A stretch of 64,000 nucleotides of DNA from an uncultured delta proteobacterium (GTDB taxonomy: Bacteria; Myxococcota_A; Polyangia; Fen-1088): assembly GCA_963796685.1 (NCBI GenBank), contig CAWCMR010000025.1, forward strand, positions 224,001 to 288,000, read 5' to 3'. Both the position numbers and the translations under genes were made by a program. Positions 42,479 through 52,181 of this stretch are shown here, piece by piece. The notes beneath the pieces were generated by a model. The model was not told the origin of the DNA. It saw only the letters and a list, made by a program, of their open reading frames with translations, and did not search any database. Position 1 is the stretch's first letter. Each line of letters begins with the position of its first letter.

Positions 42479-43708
42479 TCAAAAGGCCGTCGACAGCGCA
42501 CGGCGCAGACGGCCGAACATGCCCCGGCGCTCCGTGGGGCTGGCGTTGCGCGCGATGGTTGCTTGTTGGTTGGAGGCGTACTGCACCAGCCCCACACCCG
42601 TGGCGAAGCTCGGCGATTTGACCACATCGGCCAAACCGCCCACGCCCTTGGGGATGCCGAGGCGCACGGGAATGCCGAGGATGTCCTCGGCCAATTCGGC
42701 CATGCCGGGCAGCTGCGTCGAGCCGCCGGTGATGACCGCGCCCGAGGCCAAGAGGTCGTCGCAGCCCAACCGCGCGATCTCGGCCTTGACGAAGGAAAAG
42801 ATCTCTTCGATGCGCGGCTGGATGATGTCGCGGCAGAGCACGTGGCGCGACAGCACGCGCGGCGCACGGCCTCCGACCGACGCAACCTGGATGGTTTCCT
42901 CCTCGGTCACCATGCTGGCCAGGGCACAGCCCCACTGGTGCTTGATCTTCTCCGCCTCGTGCGGCGGCGTGCGCAGTCCGAAGGCGATGTCGCTGGTGAT
43001 CTGGTAGCCACCGAGCGGAATCACGCTGGTGTGGGCGACCGAGCCTTCGGTGAAGATCGCGATGTCGGTGGTGCCTCCGCCGATGTCGACCAGGGCCACG
43101 CCCAGGCCCTTCTCGTCCTCTTCCAGCACGGCCTCGCCCGAGGCCAGGGGTTCGAGCACGATGTCCAGGACCTCGAGCTCGCACCGGCTGCAACACTTGA
43201 TGACGTTCTGCATGGCGGCGGCTGCGGCGGTCACGATGTGCACGCGCGCCTCCAGGCGAACCCCGCACATGCCGAGCGGCTCGCGCACGCCGTCCTGGCC
43301 GTCGATCTTGTATTCCTGGGGAAGCACGTGGACCACGTGGCGGTCGGCGGGCAAGGCGATGGCGCGCGCCAATTCCAGCACCTTGGCCACGTCGCTGGCG
43401 CGCACTTCTTTGTCCTTGACCGCGACGGTTCCCGTCGAGTTGATCCCCTTGATGTGGCCGCCGGCGATGCCCACGTAGACCTGGGAGATCTCGCAGCCCG
43501 ACATGCCCTCGGCCTCGAGCACGGCCTGGTTGATGGCGGCCACCGTCGAGTCGATGTTGACGATGACGCCTTTCTTGAGCCCGCGCGAGGCATGGGTTCC
43601 GATACCGATGATATCGAGCCCGCCGTCGCCCATCTCGGCCACCACCGCGGCTATCTTGGTGGTGCCGATATCGAGTCCAACGATGATATCGGAGCTTCGT
43701 CTCGCCAT
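42479..43708 (-). CDS. ftsA: Cell division protein FtsA
   Basis: [44 protein letters not shown]-terminal amphipathic helix. Confidence 0.97.
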   Translation of the reverse strand: MARRSSDIIVGLDIGTTKIAAVVAEMGDGGLDIIGIGTHASRGLKKGVIVNIDSTVAAINQAVLEAEGMSGCEISQVYVGIAGGHIKGINSTGTVAVKDKEVRASDVAKVLELARAIALPADRHVVHVLPQEYKIDGQDGVREPLGMCGVRLEARVHIVTAAAAAMQNVIKCCSRCELEVLDIVLEPLASGEAVLEEDEKGLGVALVDIGGGTTDIAIFTEGSVAHTSVIPLGGYQITSDIAFGLRTPPHEAEKIKHQWGCALASMVTEEETIQVASVGGRAPRVLSRHVLCRDIIQPRIEEIFSFVKAEIARLGCDDLLASGAVITGGSTQLPGMAELAEDILGIPVRLGIPKGVGGLADVVKSPSFATGVGLVQYASNQQATIARNASPTERRGMFGRLRRALSTAF

Positions 43709-43738
43709 GTTCTTGCTCGTTTGTGGTTCGTTACGCGG

Positions 43739-44701
43739 TTAGTTTTTCGCGACCTTCGCGGGTGCTACCCTGGACGGCGTGGAGGGCTCCGCGCCGCCTG
43801 TACGAAGAAGCACGGGGATCCTTCCACTCTCGGGAAGATCGAGGTGCACGATCCTGAGAGCGGAAAGCCCCCCCATCTCCTTCGCCTTGAGAGCTTCGAG
43901 GATCTCATCGAGTTGCGCCAATTTTTTGCTGTAATTTCCCTGGCCGAGCCGGATCTCGGCGCCGCCCTCGAGAAACAGCAGCGAAAAACCGAACCCCGGA
44001 TCGATGCTGACCTCGCCGATGGGCGGGCGCCCCGGGCGCTCGCGGTACTGGCGCAAGACCGACAGGGCCTCGCGAAAGGCGGCCTCGCTGACATCGCGCA
44101 TCTGCGCGTAGCGCGCCCGATCGATCCCGGTGAGCACGGGCAACCCATCGGCCTCTTCCATGGTCGCGCGTTTGAACGGTTGGCCGTTTTCGTCGACGAG
44201 GTACAGGCCGGAAAGCGCGGCCACTGCCACCGCGTGCCGCTCGGTAATTTCGATGATCAGCGACGACGGCAGGCGGCGACTGGCGCGCACGCGGGCCACC
44301 CAAGGGTGCGTGGCGATGCGCGCCGCCACGGCATCGGTGTCGACACCGAGCAGCTTGTCGCCCGGCGACACCTCGGCCAGGGCCAGAATTTCTGCTCTTG
44401 CAAGATGCGGCGTGGGCGAGAGCTCGATTTGTCGGAGCTGAAAACGGGGCGAATCCACGACGTGGCGGATCGCCCAGCGTCCACCGTACAAACACCCTGC
44501 CAGGGCGGACAGCAGCAATACCAACTTCCCCAGCATGCGACCGATACGAAGGCTTGCGCGCCCCACCCGTGAGCCGACGCCCGCCAGCGCGCACGTCAGG
44601 CTTCTGCGCTGGATGGCGACGCGACGGTTTCTCCGCTTGCGGCGAAGGAGTCCCGCGCGCGGCGACTCGACGTCCAGGGCGGCCTGGCTTCCGTTCAGCA
44701 A
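43739..44701 (-). CDS. ftsQ: Cell division protein FtsQ/DivIB (start uncertain)
   Basis: Basic N-terminus, TM helix, POTRA (HPWVARVRASRRLPSSLIIEITER), YLVDENG, LPVLTG; directly upstream of ftsA. Confidence 0.88.
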   Translation of the reverse strand: MLNGSQAALDVESPRAGLLRRKRRNRRVAIQRRSLTCALAGVGSRVGRASLRIGRMLGKLVLLLSALAGCLYGGRWAIRHVVDSPRFQLRQIELSPTPHLARAEILALAEVSPGDKLLGVDTDAVAARIATHPWVARVRASRRLPSSLIIEITERHAVAVAALSGLYLVDENGQPFKRATMEEADGLPVLTGIDRARYAQMRDVSEAAFREALSVLRQYRERPGRPPIGEVSIDPGFGFSLLFLEGGAEIRLGQGNYSKKLAQLDEILEALKAKEMGGLSALRIVHLDLPESGRIPVLLRTGGAEPSTPSRVAPAKVAKN

Positions 44702-44836
44702 GGCCGCCGTCCTCCCTGTTCGGCACGGGTCGACCGGGCCGAAAGGCCGGCCATCAAGAGACTCGTGTCGCCATCTTCACGCACAGGCTGAAGATCGCCC
44801 GACTTGCCGATCCCTCCAAATTTTTCACTTGAGGGA

Positions 44837-46192
44837 CTACGCCAACCGCGCCAGCACGTCGGACGCGACCTGGGTGATGTCGCCGGCGCCGAGCACGAGC
44901 AGAAGATCGCCGGCCTTGAGCTGTGCCCTCAGGCAGGCGGCCAGCTCCTTGCGAGGGGAATAGCTCGCCTTCGCCGCCTGCGAAAATGTCCGCAAGAGCG
45001 CCTGGGCATCCACGCCCGTGATGGGTGCCTCGCCGGCGGGGTAGATGTCGGTCAGGACGACCTCGTCGGCGTCGGCCAGGGCGGGCGCGAACTTGGCCAT
45101 CAAGTCCTGGGTGCGCGAAAAGCGGTGCGGTTGGAATGCCACCACCAACCGCCGCCCATAGAGCTTGGCCGCGGCGATGGTCGCGGCCATCTCCGTCGGG
45201 TGGTGGCCGTAGTCGTCGACCACCAGGATGCCGGCGGCCTCGCCGCGCACGGAGAAGCGGCGATCCACGCCGCCGAATCCGGCCAGCGCTTCGCAGGTGG
45301 CTTGGAAGGGAACGTCGAATACGTCGGCCACGCACAACGATGCCAGCGCGTTCTGGGCGTAGTGCACGCCCGGCATGCGCACCACGAGCTCGCCGCGCGG
45401 CTTGCCCCGAACGGCGATGCGCAGGCGCGTGCCCTGAGCGTCCGCGGACAAGATCTCGCCGCGGTAATCGCCAGCGCCGAGGCCATAGGTGATGTGCCGT
45501 TTGACCAACTCGGGCACGAGACCCACCGCCGTCGGATTGTCCGCGCACACCACGACCACGCCATAGAAGGGAACCTGGTTGGCGAAGTCGAGGAAGGCCG
45601 CGCGCAGGGCCGACTCGGTTCCATAGTGATCCATGTGCTCGCGATCGATGTTGGTGATGACCGCGACCATGGGCAAAAGGTGGCGAAACGAGCCGTCGGA
45701 CTCGTCGGCCTCGGCCACCAGCACCTCACCCTGGCCGAGCCGCGCGTTCGACCCGAAGACCTTGGCCTTGCCGCCGATGACCACGGTCGGATCCAAGCCG
45801 GCCTGGGCCAGGATGGTGGCGATCATGGTCGTGGTGCTGGTCTTGCCGTGCGATCCCGCCACCGCCACGCCATCCTTCACGCGCATCAGCTCGCCCAGCA
45901 TCTCGGCGCGCGGGATCACGGGGATGCCCCTCTCGTGCGCGGCCGCCACTTCGGGATTGTCGGGCTTGACCGCGCTCGAGATGACGACCACGTCGGCGCT
46001 GCGCACCTGCTCGGCGCGATGACCGATGGAGATGCGGCCGCCCAGACCCTGCAGGCGCCGGGTGGCCTCGCTCTCGCGCTGGTCGGACCCGGAAACCTGG
46101 TAGCCCAGGTTCAAAAGAACTTCGGCGATACCGGACATGCCGATACCGCCGATGCCTACGAAGTGGATACTGACGTCGCGTTTTTTGAACAT
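44837..46192 (-). CDS. murC: UDP-N-acetylmuramate--L-alanine ligase
   Basis: IHFVGIGGIGMSGIA, AGSHGKTSTT, AEADESD, DDYGHHPTE, FQPHRFSRT. Confidence 0.97.
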   Translation of the reverse strand: MFKKRDVSIHFVGIGGIGMSGIAEVLLNLGYQVSGSDQRESEATRRLQGLGGRISIGHRAEQVRSADVVVISSAVKPDNPEVAAAHERGIPVIPRAEMLGELMRVKDGVAVAGSHGKTSTTTMIATILAQAGLDPTVVIGGKAKVFGSNARLGQGEVLVAEADESDGSFRHLLPMVAVITNIDREHMDHYGTESALRAAFLDFANQVPFYGVVVVCADNPTAVGLVPELVKRHITYGLGAGDYRGEILSADAQGTRLRIAVRGKPRGELVVRMPGVHYAQNALASLCVADVFDVPFQATCEALAGFGGVDRRFSVRGEAAGILVVDDYGHHPTEMAATIAAAKLYGRRLVVAFQPHRFSRTQDLMAKFAPALADADEVVLTDIYPAGEAPITGVDAQALLRTFSQAAKASYSPRKELAACLRAQLKAGDLLLVLGAGDITQVASDVLARLA

Positions 46193-46229
46193 GATGGTCG
46201 GTCGCGGAATAGACCGACTGCGCTTGCTA

Positions 46230-47042
46230 CTACTTGCTGACCAGACCGTCCAGGCTGGGAAGCTCGGACAGGTTCGGCTCCACGACGATCTCGATGCGGC
46301 GGTTCTGCTTCTGGCCATCCGCCGTCGCGTTGTCGGCCGCGGGATCGTACTCGGCGTAACCAGCCGCGCCGACCTGGCTCGGCTTCATGCCGTTGTCGAT
46401 GAGCAAGCGCACCACCTCGACCGCGCGCTCCGTCGAGAGCTCCCAGTTGCTGCGGAACTTCTTCGAGTGGATGGGCAGGTTGTCGGTGTGGCCGGCCACC
46501 AGGAAGTGGCGATCCGCCGGCATGGTGGCGAGCACCTTGGCGACCTTGGCGATGGCATCCTTGCCCTCGGCCTTGAGCTCGGTCTTGCCCGAGTCGAAGA
46601 GAATGTCGTTGGGCAACACCAGCAACATGCGGCCGTTGCGAACCGTGACCTTGATCTGGCCCGCGTCGACCATGGAGCGCAACTTCTCCACCAGCGAGCG
46701 GAACATGGCCGCGCGCGACTCGGCGATCTTCTTCTGTTTCTCGAGCTCGTCCAATCGCTTCTGCAGATTGTCCATGCCTGCCGCCAGGGCGCCTGCCTCG
46801 TTGGCCTTGTTCTTGCCATAGGCCTTGACCTGATCCATCTGCTTCTTGAGCTCGGCGATCTGCTTGTCGAGGTCGTCCACCTTGGCCTGAAGCTTGGCGT
46901 TGTCCTGGCTCAAGGAATCCTTCTCTTTGAGAGCCTTGGCGAGCTCTGCCTCTTTCGCCTCGAACGTCCCCGAGCTGACACAGCCGGCGCCCAGAATCGT
47001 GCCCAGTAGCAGCACACCTGTAAGCTTGATGGTGTTTCTCAC
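46230..47042 (-). CDS. Coiled-coil OmpA/MotB-family peptidoglycan-binding lipoprotein
   Basis: GGAGG then GTG start; lipobox GAGC; coiled coil; ILFDSG, VAGHTDN, NWELSTERA, QNRRIEI. Confidence 0.9.
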   Translation of the reverse strand: MRNTIKLTGVLLLGTILGAGCVSSGTFEAKEAELAKALKEKDSLSQDNAKLQAKVDDLDKQIAELKKQMDQVKAYGKNKANEAGALAAGMDNLQKRLDELEKQKKIAESRAAMFRSLVEKLRSMVDAGQIKVTVRNGRMLLVLPNDILFDSGKTELKAEGKDAIAKVAKVLATMPADRHFLVAGHTDNLPIHSKKFRSNWELSTERAVEVVRLLIDNGMKPSQVGAAGYAEYDPAADNATADGQKQNRRIEIVVEPNLSELPSLDGLVSK

Positions 47043-47116
47043 GTCGCATGTCCTCCGTCGCGAATGATGGCAATTCATGACCCCAGTCCGGGGACAGGGG
47101 CATACTAACGCCGATA

Positions 47117-47161
47117 GGGGAGCCCTGAAAGAGTTTCCATGCGCTGGGTTTCCATGCGCGC
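47117..47161. repeat. Degenerate copy of the GGAAACCCT-GAG-AGGGTTTCCAT repeat
   Basis: GGGGAGCCCTGAAAGAGTTTCCATGCGCTGGGTTTCCATGCGC resembles the 9794 unit, with GTTTCCATGCGC duplicated. Confidence 0.4.
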
Positions 47162-47244
47162 TCGGTCTTGCGCGATGGGGCGCCAGGCGTTTGCTACCGC
47201 GAAGTTCTCGTGCCGATGCCCGCGACTTCGCATATCCTGCTCCC

Positions 47245-47994
47245 GTGAAAGCCACGACGATATCGGCCGCCTGCGTTCTTTCCCTGTGGCTTGTTGGCTG
47301 CAAGAACAATTCCACGACAGCGAAGGACGCCGACGCCAGCGATGTACCAGCCACGCGCGATGCGGCCCAACCCGATGCCGCCGTGGATGTCGTTACCGCA
47401 AGCACCGACTTGGCGCCCAGCGAGGGGGACGCGCCTGCACGGTCAGATGTGAACGGTTCAGACCGCTCGAGCGACGCGCTTGCGGAGGTGGCAAGGGTGG
47501 ATGCTCCGGGCAAGGACGCGGCGGCGGGCACCGACCTCGGCAAGGACGTGGCAGGCGATCTTCTCGCACAGGATCTCGATCTGGCTGCCGAGGCAGTCGG
47601 CGCCGACGCAGGGAAGGCCGATAGACCGGGCGGTGATGCTGGAGGCGATGCCGGATGCAGCGGGTGGACCTCCCTCGCGCGCCTCTCGCCGGCCGAATTG
47701 TCCGAGCTGCTCGCCACCACGGATCCCATCGTCATCAACGTGCACATTCCCTACGCCGGGGACATTCCCGGCACCGACACGTCCATCCCCTACGACAACG
47801 TGGACGCCATCGAGGCCTACCTCAACCACGACCACTGCGCCGACGTGGTGCTGATTTGCCTGAGCGGCGGCATGAGCCAGTCCGCGGGCAACGAGCTAAT
47901 CAAGCGCGGCTACCTGCGGGTGCGCGATCTGAACGGCGGCATGCAAGCCTGGCAGGCCGCCGGATACCCACTGCTCAAAGACGGGGGTGTTTAG
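47245..47994 (+). CDS. Rhodanese-domain lipoprotein with Asp/Ala-rich linker
   Basis: Lipobox LVGC; INVHIPYAGDIPG; active-site loop LICLSGGMS; LNGGMQAWQAAGYP. Confidence 0.85.
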   Translation: MKATTISAACVLSLWLVGCKNNSTTAKDADASDVPATRDAAQPDAAVDVVTASTDLAPSEGDAPARSDVNGSDRSSDALAEVARVDAPGKDAAAGTDLGKDVAGDLLAQDLDLAAEAVGADAGKADRPGGDAGGDAGCSGWTSLARLSPAELSELLATTDPIVINVHIPYAGDIPGTDTSIPYDNVDAIEAYLNHDHCADVVLICLSGGMSQSAGNELIKRGYLRVRDLNGGMQAWQAAGYPLLKDGGV

Positions 47995-48515
47995 CTCATC
48001 CCGGCGCGAACGCCGTTCTTCGTCTTTGCCGTGCGCGCCCGCTTGGGTTTCTCGCCACCAGCCTCCTTGCCGCCCAGGCTGGCCAGGTAGAGCGTGTGCT
48101 TGAGCGACGAGCCCATGAGGTCGGTAAGGTTGCGCGAGGCCATGAACACGCGAACCTGGTGGTTCACGTGCGTGAGCAGCGCCCCCAGCGCGCAGCCACC
48201 GAACAAACACTTCTTGCGACCAAGCAGACACTTGCAGTCCGACATAGGTCCGTCCATGGCTTCGAGGATTTCGAGCAGCGAGATCTTTTCCGCCGCTCGC
48301 CCCAGGACGAACCCGCCACCGGGCCCGCGCCGAGAGGTAAGCAGGCCGACCTTCACGAGTCGCTGCATGACCTTCGAAAGATGTGCTACCGAAACGCCTT
48401 GTTCACCGGCAATCTCGCCCACCGAGTGGTTCACGCTGCCCTTGGAGCGAGCGATGTGAGCCATCGCGTGGATGGCCAGATTGGCCGCATCAGAGATCCT
48501 TAGTATAGTATCCAT
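47991..48515 (-). CDS. Rrf2 family transcriptional regulator with Cys cluster
   Basis: HLSKVMQRLVKVGLLTSRRGPGGGFVL, ISLLEILEAMDG, CKCLLGRKKCLFGGC. Confidence 0.92.
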   Translation of the reverse strand: MDTILRISDAANLAIHAMAHIARSKGSVNHSVGEIAGEQGVSVAHLSKVMQRLVKVGLLTSRRGPGGGFVLGRAAEKISLLEILEAMDGPMSDCKCLLGRKKCLFGGCALGALLTHVNHQVRVFMASRNLTDLMGSSLKHTLYLASLGGKEAGGEKPKRARTAKTKNGVRAGMS

Positions 48516-48608
48516 GCCCATGAGCGTAGCGCGCAATTGGCGCCATGCCCGCCCATTTGCACCTGCTTTTCACAATTCAGCATTGCGGACGCGGAGTATC
48601 AGAGCATT

Positions 48609-49784
48609 TCAGTCCGATTTTGCTGCTCCGACCTCGGTTCGGACCACGCACATCTCGATTTCGCACAGCCATTCGGGCCGGCAGATGTCGGCCACCACGA
48701 CCGCGGTGGGCAAGTCGGCGGCCAGGCCATGGGTGGCCGCCGCCACGAGGAAATCCTGGTAGTCGCTGGCCCGCTTGAGGTAGGCCGTGGCGCTGACCAC
48801 GTCGCCAAGATCCATCCCCGCCCGGCCGAGCAACGCCTGCACGTTCTCGAACATGCAGTCGAGCTGCCCCTTGATGTCACCCACCGCGACGATCGCGCCG
48901 GACGCATCGATACTGGCCGTGCCGGAAACACAAAGCGTCTTGCGACCGGGCTCGACGATGCGCGAGCCGCGCGCGAAGGCCGAGCCATAGGCCGACGCCT
49001 CGCCCATGTGGCCGGGCGCGATGGCATCGATCGCAACCTCCCCTTTGGCGGCCACCGCATACAAATCCATGGCCACCGGTGTGGACGCACCGCACAGCGC
49101 GCCCTCGACGCAGGTGCTGGCGGGCAGGCGCGCCATGCGCTGTTCGGCGAAGAAGCGGTTGCGGGCCTGGTTGATGAAGCCGTAGTTGTGCTCGATGTCG
49201 CGCACGTAGATCCACGTCCGCACCACATCCCTGAAACCCAGCCCACGGTCGGTCAGAGCGTGCCCGGCCTGGGCCAGCATGTCGTAGGCCGTGTCGACCA
49301 AGTCCGCCGAGCCACGCAAATCCGTGCGCGGCGTGATGGACATGAGCCGCAGGTGGCGAGCGCCGGCGCGCAGAACGGTGGCCGCCGCGGGTCTGGCGGA
49401 CTTGCCATACCAGACGCCACTTTGACGCGCGGAACGGATGGCATGGAGCTTCAAGGTGCAAAGGCAGAACGGCGCGGCGGGTGGTTGCAGCACGGCACTG
49501 ATGGGCAAGGGGCCGGTGGCGCCCCAGGCCGTGGTCAGCGCTTCGCGCCAGTCCCACTGCGGGGCCTTTGCGAAATGGATCCAGCCGCACACGATATTGC
49601 CGGGGCCGAGCCCGTGGGCCAGAAGCGCCCGCACGGCTTGCTCGGCCAGCGACGCGAGCTGCCCGCGCTCGTCTTCGCGGGTGGAGCTCGGCGAGATCTG
49701 TAGGAAGACCTCGACCGTGCCCGCTCCGTCGATCCGTCTCGCGCGCACGGTGGGGCTTGCAGGGGCTTCGGATCCGGACGACAT
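48609..49784 (-). CDS. Multi-domain Rid/YjgF-fold protein, FkbO/Hyg5 chorismatase-like
   Basis: VVRTWIYVRDIEHNY..NQARNRFF, LPASTCVEG, YGSAFARG, VSGTASID, ADICRPEWLCEIE. Confidence 0.75.
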   Translation of the reverse strand: MSSGSEAPASPTVRARRIDGAGTVEVFLQISPSSTREDERGQLASLAEQAVRALLAHGLGPGNIVCGWIHFAKAPQWDWREALTTAWGATGPLPISAVLQPPAAPFCLCTLKLHAIRSARQSGVWYGKSARPAAATVLRAGARHLRLMSITPRTDLRGSADLVDTAYDMLAQAGHALTDRGLGFRDVVRTWIYVRDIEHNYGFINQARNRFFAEQRMARLPASTCVEGALCGASTPVAMDLYAVAAKGEVAIDAIAPGHMGEASAYGSAFARGSRIVEPGRKTLCVSGTASIDASGAIVAVGDIKGQLDCMFENVQALLGRAGMDLGDVVSATAYLKRASDYQDFLVAAATHGLAADLPTAVVVADICRPEWLCEIEMCVVRTEVGAAKSD

Positions 49785-49855
49785 CGCCCGCAGATTAAGC
49801 CAAGGCCGCGAGGAGGTAGTGCACATTCGTCCGCGCGAGGTAGATTCCCTCCGTC

Positions 49856-52162
49856 GTGAAGCGAATCGCCATCGCCGTTGCGCTCGTTCTGGTCGGGACC
49901 AGCGTCACCGCGTGCAAGCACAAGCTCCGGCGGACGCCTGCGCAAGCCCGAGTGGACAAAGCCGAATCGCCGCTCCCCTTGCCGAATGCCACCCTCATGC
50001 CCGGCGTGGTCGCGCCGCGCCTCCTGCCCGCAGCGGCCACGGCCTCGTCCCGCCAGCAGGCCATCGAGAGCATCGGCACCTACGAATGGCAGGATTCCAC
50101 CGCGCCCGGGTCGCGCCTGGTGAGCACCAACGGCGATTACTGGACGAATCTCGCGGACCTGGCTTGGCGGCGGGATATCGAGATTCACCTCGACAACGTG
50201 CCACTCGATCTGGACCAAGACGGCCACGTCGACACCCACGTCACGCGAAACATCTCGCTCAAGGGGGGGATCTTCGGCAACCCCGAGGTGTTCGGTCTGG
50301 CCAAGGATCCCGACGAAGCGGCGGGCGCGCGTGGCTATACCTCAGCCAGTACGGGCTTTTCAGGGCTGCGCGATGCGCTCGATTTCGAGACCGGCAAGCC
50401 CACGGGCGAGATCGGCATGACCTGCTGGCTGTGCCATTCGGGGCGCAATCCCGTGGACGGCAAGACCGTGCTCGGGCTGCCCAGCACGCGCCTCGACTAC
50501 GGCCTCATGCTCGCCACGTCGTCGCTTTTCGATCCGAAGCACGTGCTCGACCTCGACCACGACGGCATTCCCGACCGCGAGGCGGACATCAAGCGGCGCA
50601 TGCGCCTGGCCGAATCGCTGGTCCTCGATCTCGATCACGACGGGCGCGTGACCGTGGCCGAGTATCGGCAGGCGCTCAAGCTACCCGACGCCAAGCAGGT
50701 TCAAGCCTCGCTGCTGTCGGCGGGACCGGGACGCCAGGATCTGACCAACGAGTTCGGCCTGGATATGACGGCGCCCGGGCTGCACTCGCTGCGCTACCAA
50801 GACGTCGGCCTCATGCGCACGGGGGCGGCTGGGGTGTTCAATCCCAAGAGCACGCCCAGCTCGCTGGTGGTGCGCTCGCTGTCGGTCATCAACTGGACCG
50901 CGACCTACGCCACGCGCGGCGTGGATTGGCTCGGCCGCTACGCCGAACGCACGGGCTTGCGGCGCGGAGAGGCCTTGGCCGAGCTCGGCATCGAGTTTCC
51001 GCCCGGTCTCGAAGGCGACGCCGATCTCATCAATCGCGCCATGGTCCTCGACACGCGCAGCATCGGGGCCATCGGCCTGCAGGCGGATTCCTTCCCCGGC
51101 ATCATGTATGCGCGCGTGCTTCGCCAGGGCGCGCCCGCGCCGCCCGAGCTGGTACGCGGCCTGCGCCTGAGCTTCGCGGCCACGCCGATCCGCAAGCTGC
51201 TCTACGACACCGACCTTGCCTCCATCGCTCGGCCGGCTGTCGATCCGGCCGCCCTGGCCCGCGGTCGCACGATCTTTTTCGATCGCGTGGTGGGCGACAT
51301 CGTCAACCGGCAGATCCTGGTCGATGTGCCACCGGTCTATGCCGGCAGCCATCTCCAACCACCGCTTCTCGCGCCCATCGACGAGACTCGGCCCCTCTCC
51401 GCGCGCATTCCCGTGCGCTGCGTGTCCTGCCATTCCGCCACCACGCTGGCGACGGAGAAGCCCATCCCCAAGACCGGGCTCGCGATCCCGCGCTGCACGG
51501 ATTGCCATCTCGTGCACGAACCCATGGGACTTCTCGCCATGGCGGGGCTGCGCAAGGGCAACGGCCCGGGCGGACTGGGCTCGATCTTCGACGAGCTCGA
51601 TATCGATCCCGCCGCCAGCGCGGCGAAGGTGCAGGGCACGTGCTCGCACTGCCACGACAGCCATCCCGCCCTGGCCACGCCCATTCCCTACACCAATTGC
51701 AGCATCCTGCCCTTCGACGCCGACGGCGACGGCATCGCACAGGGCGACGAACGCGACGATTTGGCGGCAGGTGGCATCGGCACCGATGCCATGTTCGGCT
51801 TCGAGGTCGATCGGCGGAACCTTTCGGACAAGAACGTGCGCATGCCCATCACGCGCATCCCTTCCGTCCATCGCAAGGGGCCAACCGAATCCGTCCAGAT
51901 CGCCGGACCCTGGGTGCGCACGGCGCCGCTCACCACGCTGGTCGCCTCCGCGCCCTACCTGCACAACGGCTCGGTGCCCACCCTGGAGGCGCTGCTCGAG
52001 CCCACCGACCGGCGCCCGAAGACGTTCACCCTCGGCAGCGGTCAGGGCACCTTCACCTTCGACACCCGCCTGCCCGGCAACCGCAACACCGGCCACGAAT
52101 TCGGCACCAAGCTGAGCGCGCAGGAGAAGCAGGATCTCATCGCGTTCTTGAAGAGCCTGTGA
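49856..52162 (+). CDS. Tetraheme c-type lipoprotein of the RoxA/di-heme cytochrome c peroxidase-like family with EF-hand-like loops
   Basis: Lipobox VTAC; CWLCH, CVSCH, CTDCH, CSHCH; family motifs GPGRQD, ARGRTIF, IGTD, APYLHNGSVPTL, FDTRLPGNRNTGHEFG...LIAFLKSL. Confidence 0.8.
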   Translation: MKRIAIAVALVLVGTSVTACKHKLRRTPAQARVDKAESPLPLPNATLMPGVVAPRLLPAAATASSRQQAIESIGTYEWQDSTAPGSRLVSTNGDYWTNLADLAWRRDIEIHLDNVPLDLDQDGHVDTHVTRNISLKGGIFGNPEVFGLAKDPDEAAGARGYTSASTGFSGLRDALDFETGKPTGEIGMTCWLCHSGRNPVDGKTVLGLPSTRLDYGLMLATSSLFDPKHVLDLDHDGIPDREADIKRRMRLAESLVLDLDHDGRVTVAEYRQALKLPDAKQVQASLLSAGPGRQDLTNEFGLDMTAPGLHSLRYQDVGLMRTGAAGVFNPKSTPSSLVVRSLSVINWTATYATRGVDWLGRYAERTGLRRGEALAELGIEFPPGLEGDADLINRAMVLDTRSIGAIGLQADSFPGIMYARVLRQGAPAPPELVRGLRLSFAATPIRKLLYDTDLASIARPAVDPAALARGRTIFFDRVVGDIVNRQILVDVPPVYAGSHLQPPLLAPIDETRPLSARIPVRCVSCHSATTLATEKPIPKTGLAIPRCTDCHLVHEPMGLLAMAGLRKGNGPGGLGSIFDELDIDPAASAAKVQGTCSHCHDSHPALATPIPYTNCSILPFDADGDGIAQGDERDDLAAGGIGTDAMFGFEVDRRNLSDKNVRMPITRIPSVHRKGPTESVQIAGPWVRTAPLTTLVASAPYLHNGSVPTLEALLEPTDRRPKTFTLGSGQGTFTFDTRLPGNRNTGHEFGTKLSAQEKQDLIAFLKSL

Positions 52163-52181
52163 GCTTCGCCCGTCCGCGCCG

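Noticed and set aside
46230-47042. Flagellar motor protein MotB
   Set aside because: It has a lipobox and coiled coil rather than the MotB TM helix with the conserved Asp, and no motA is adjacent.
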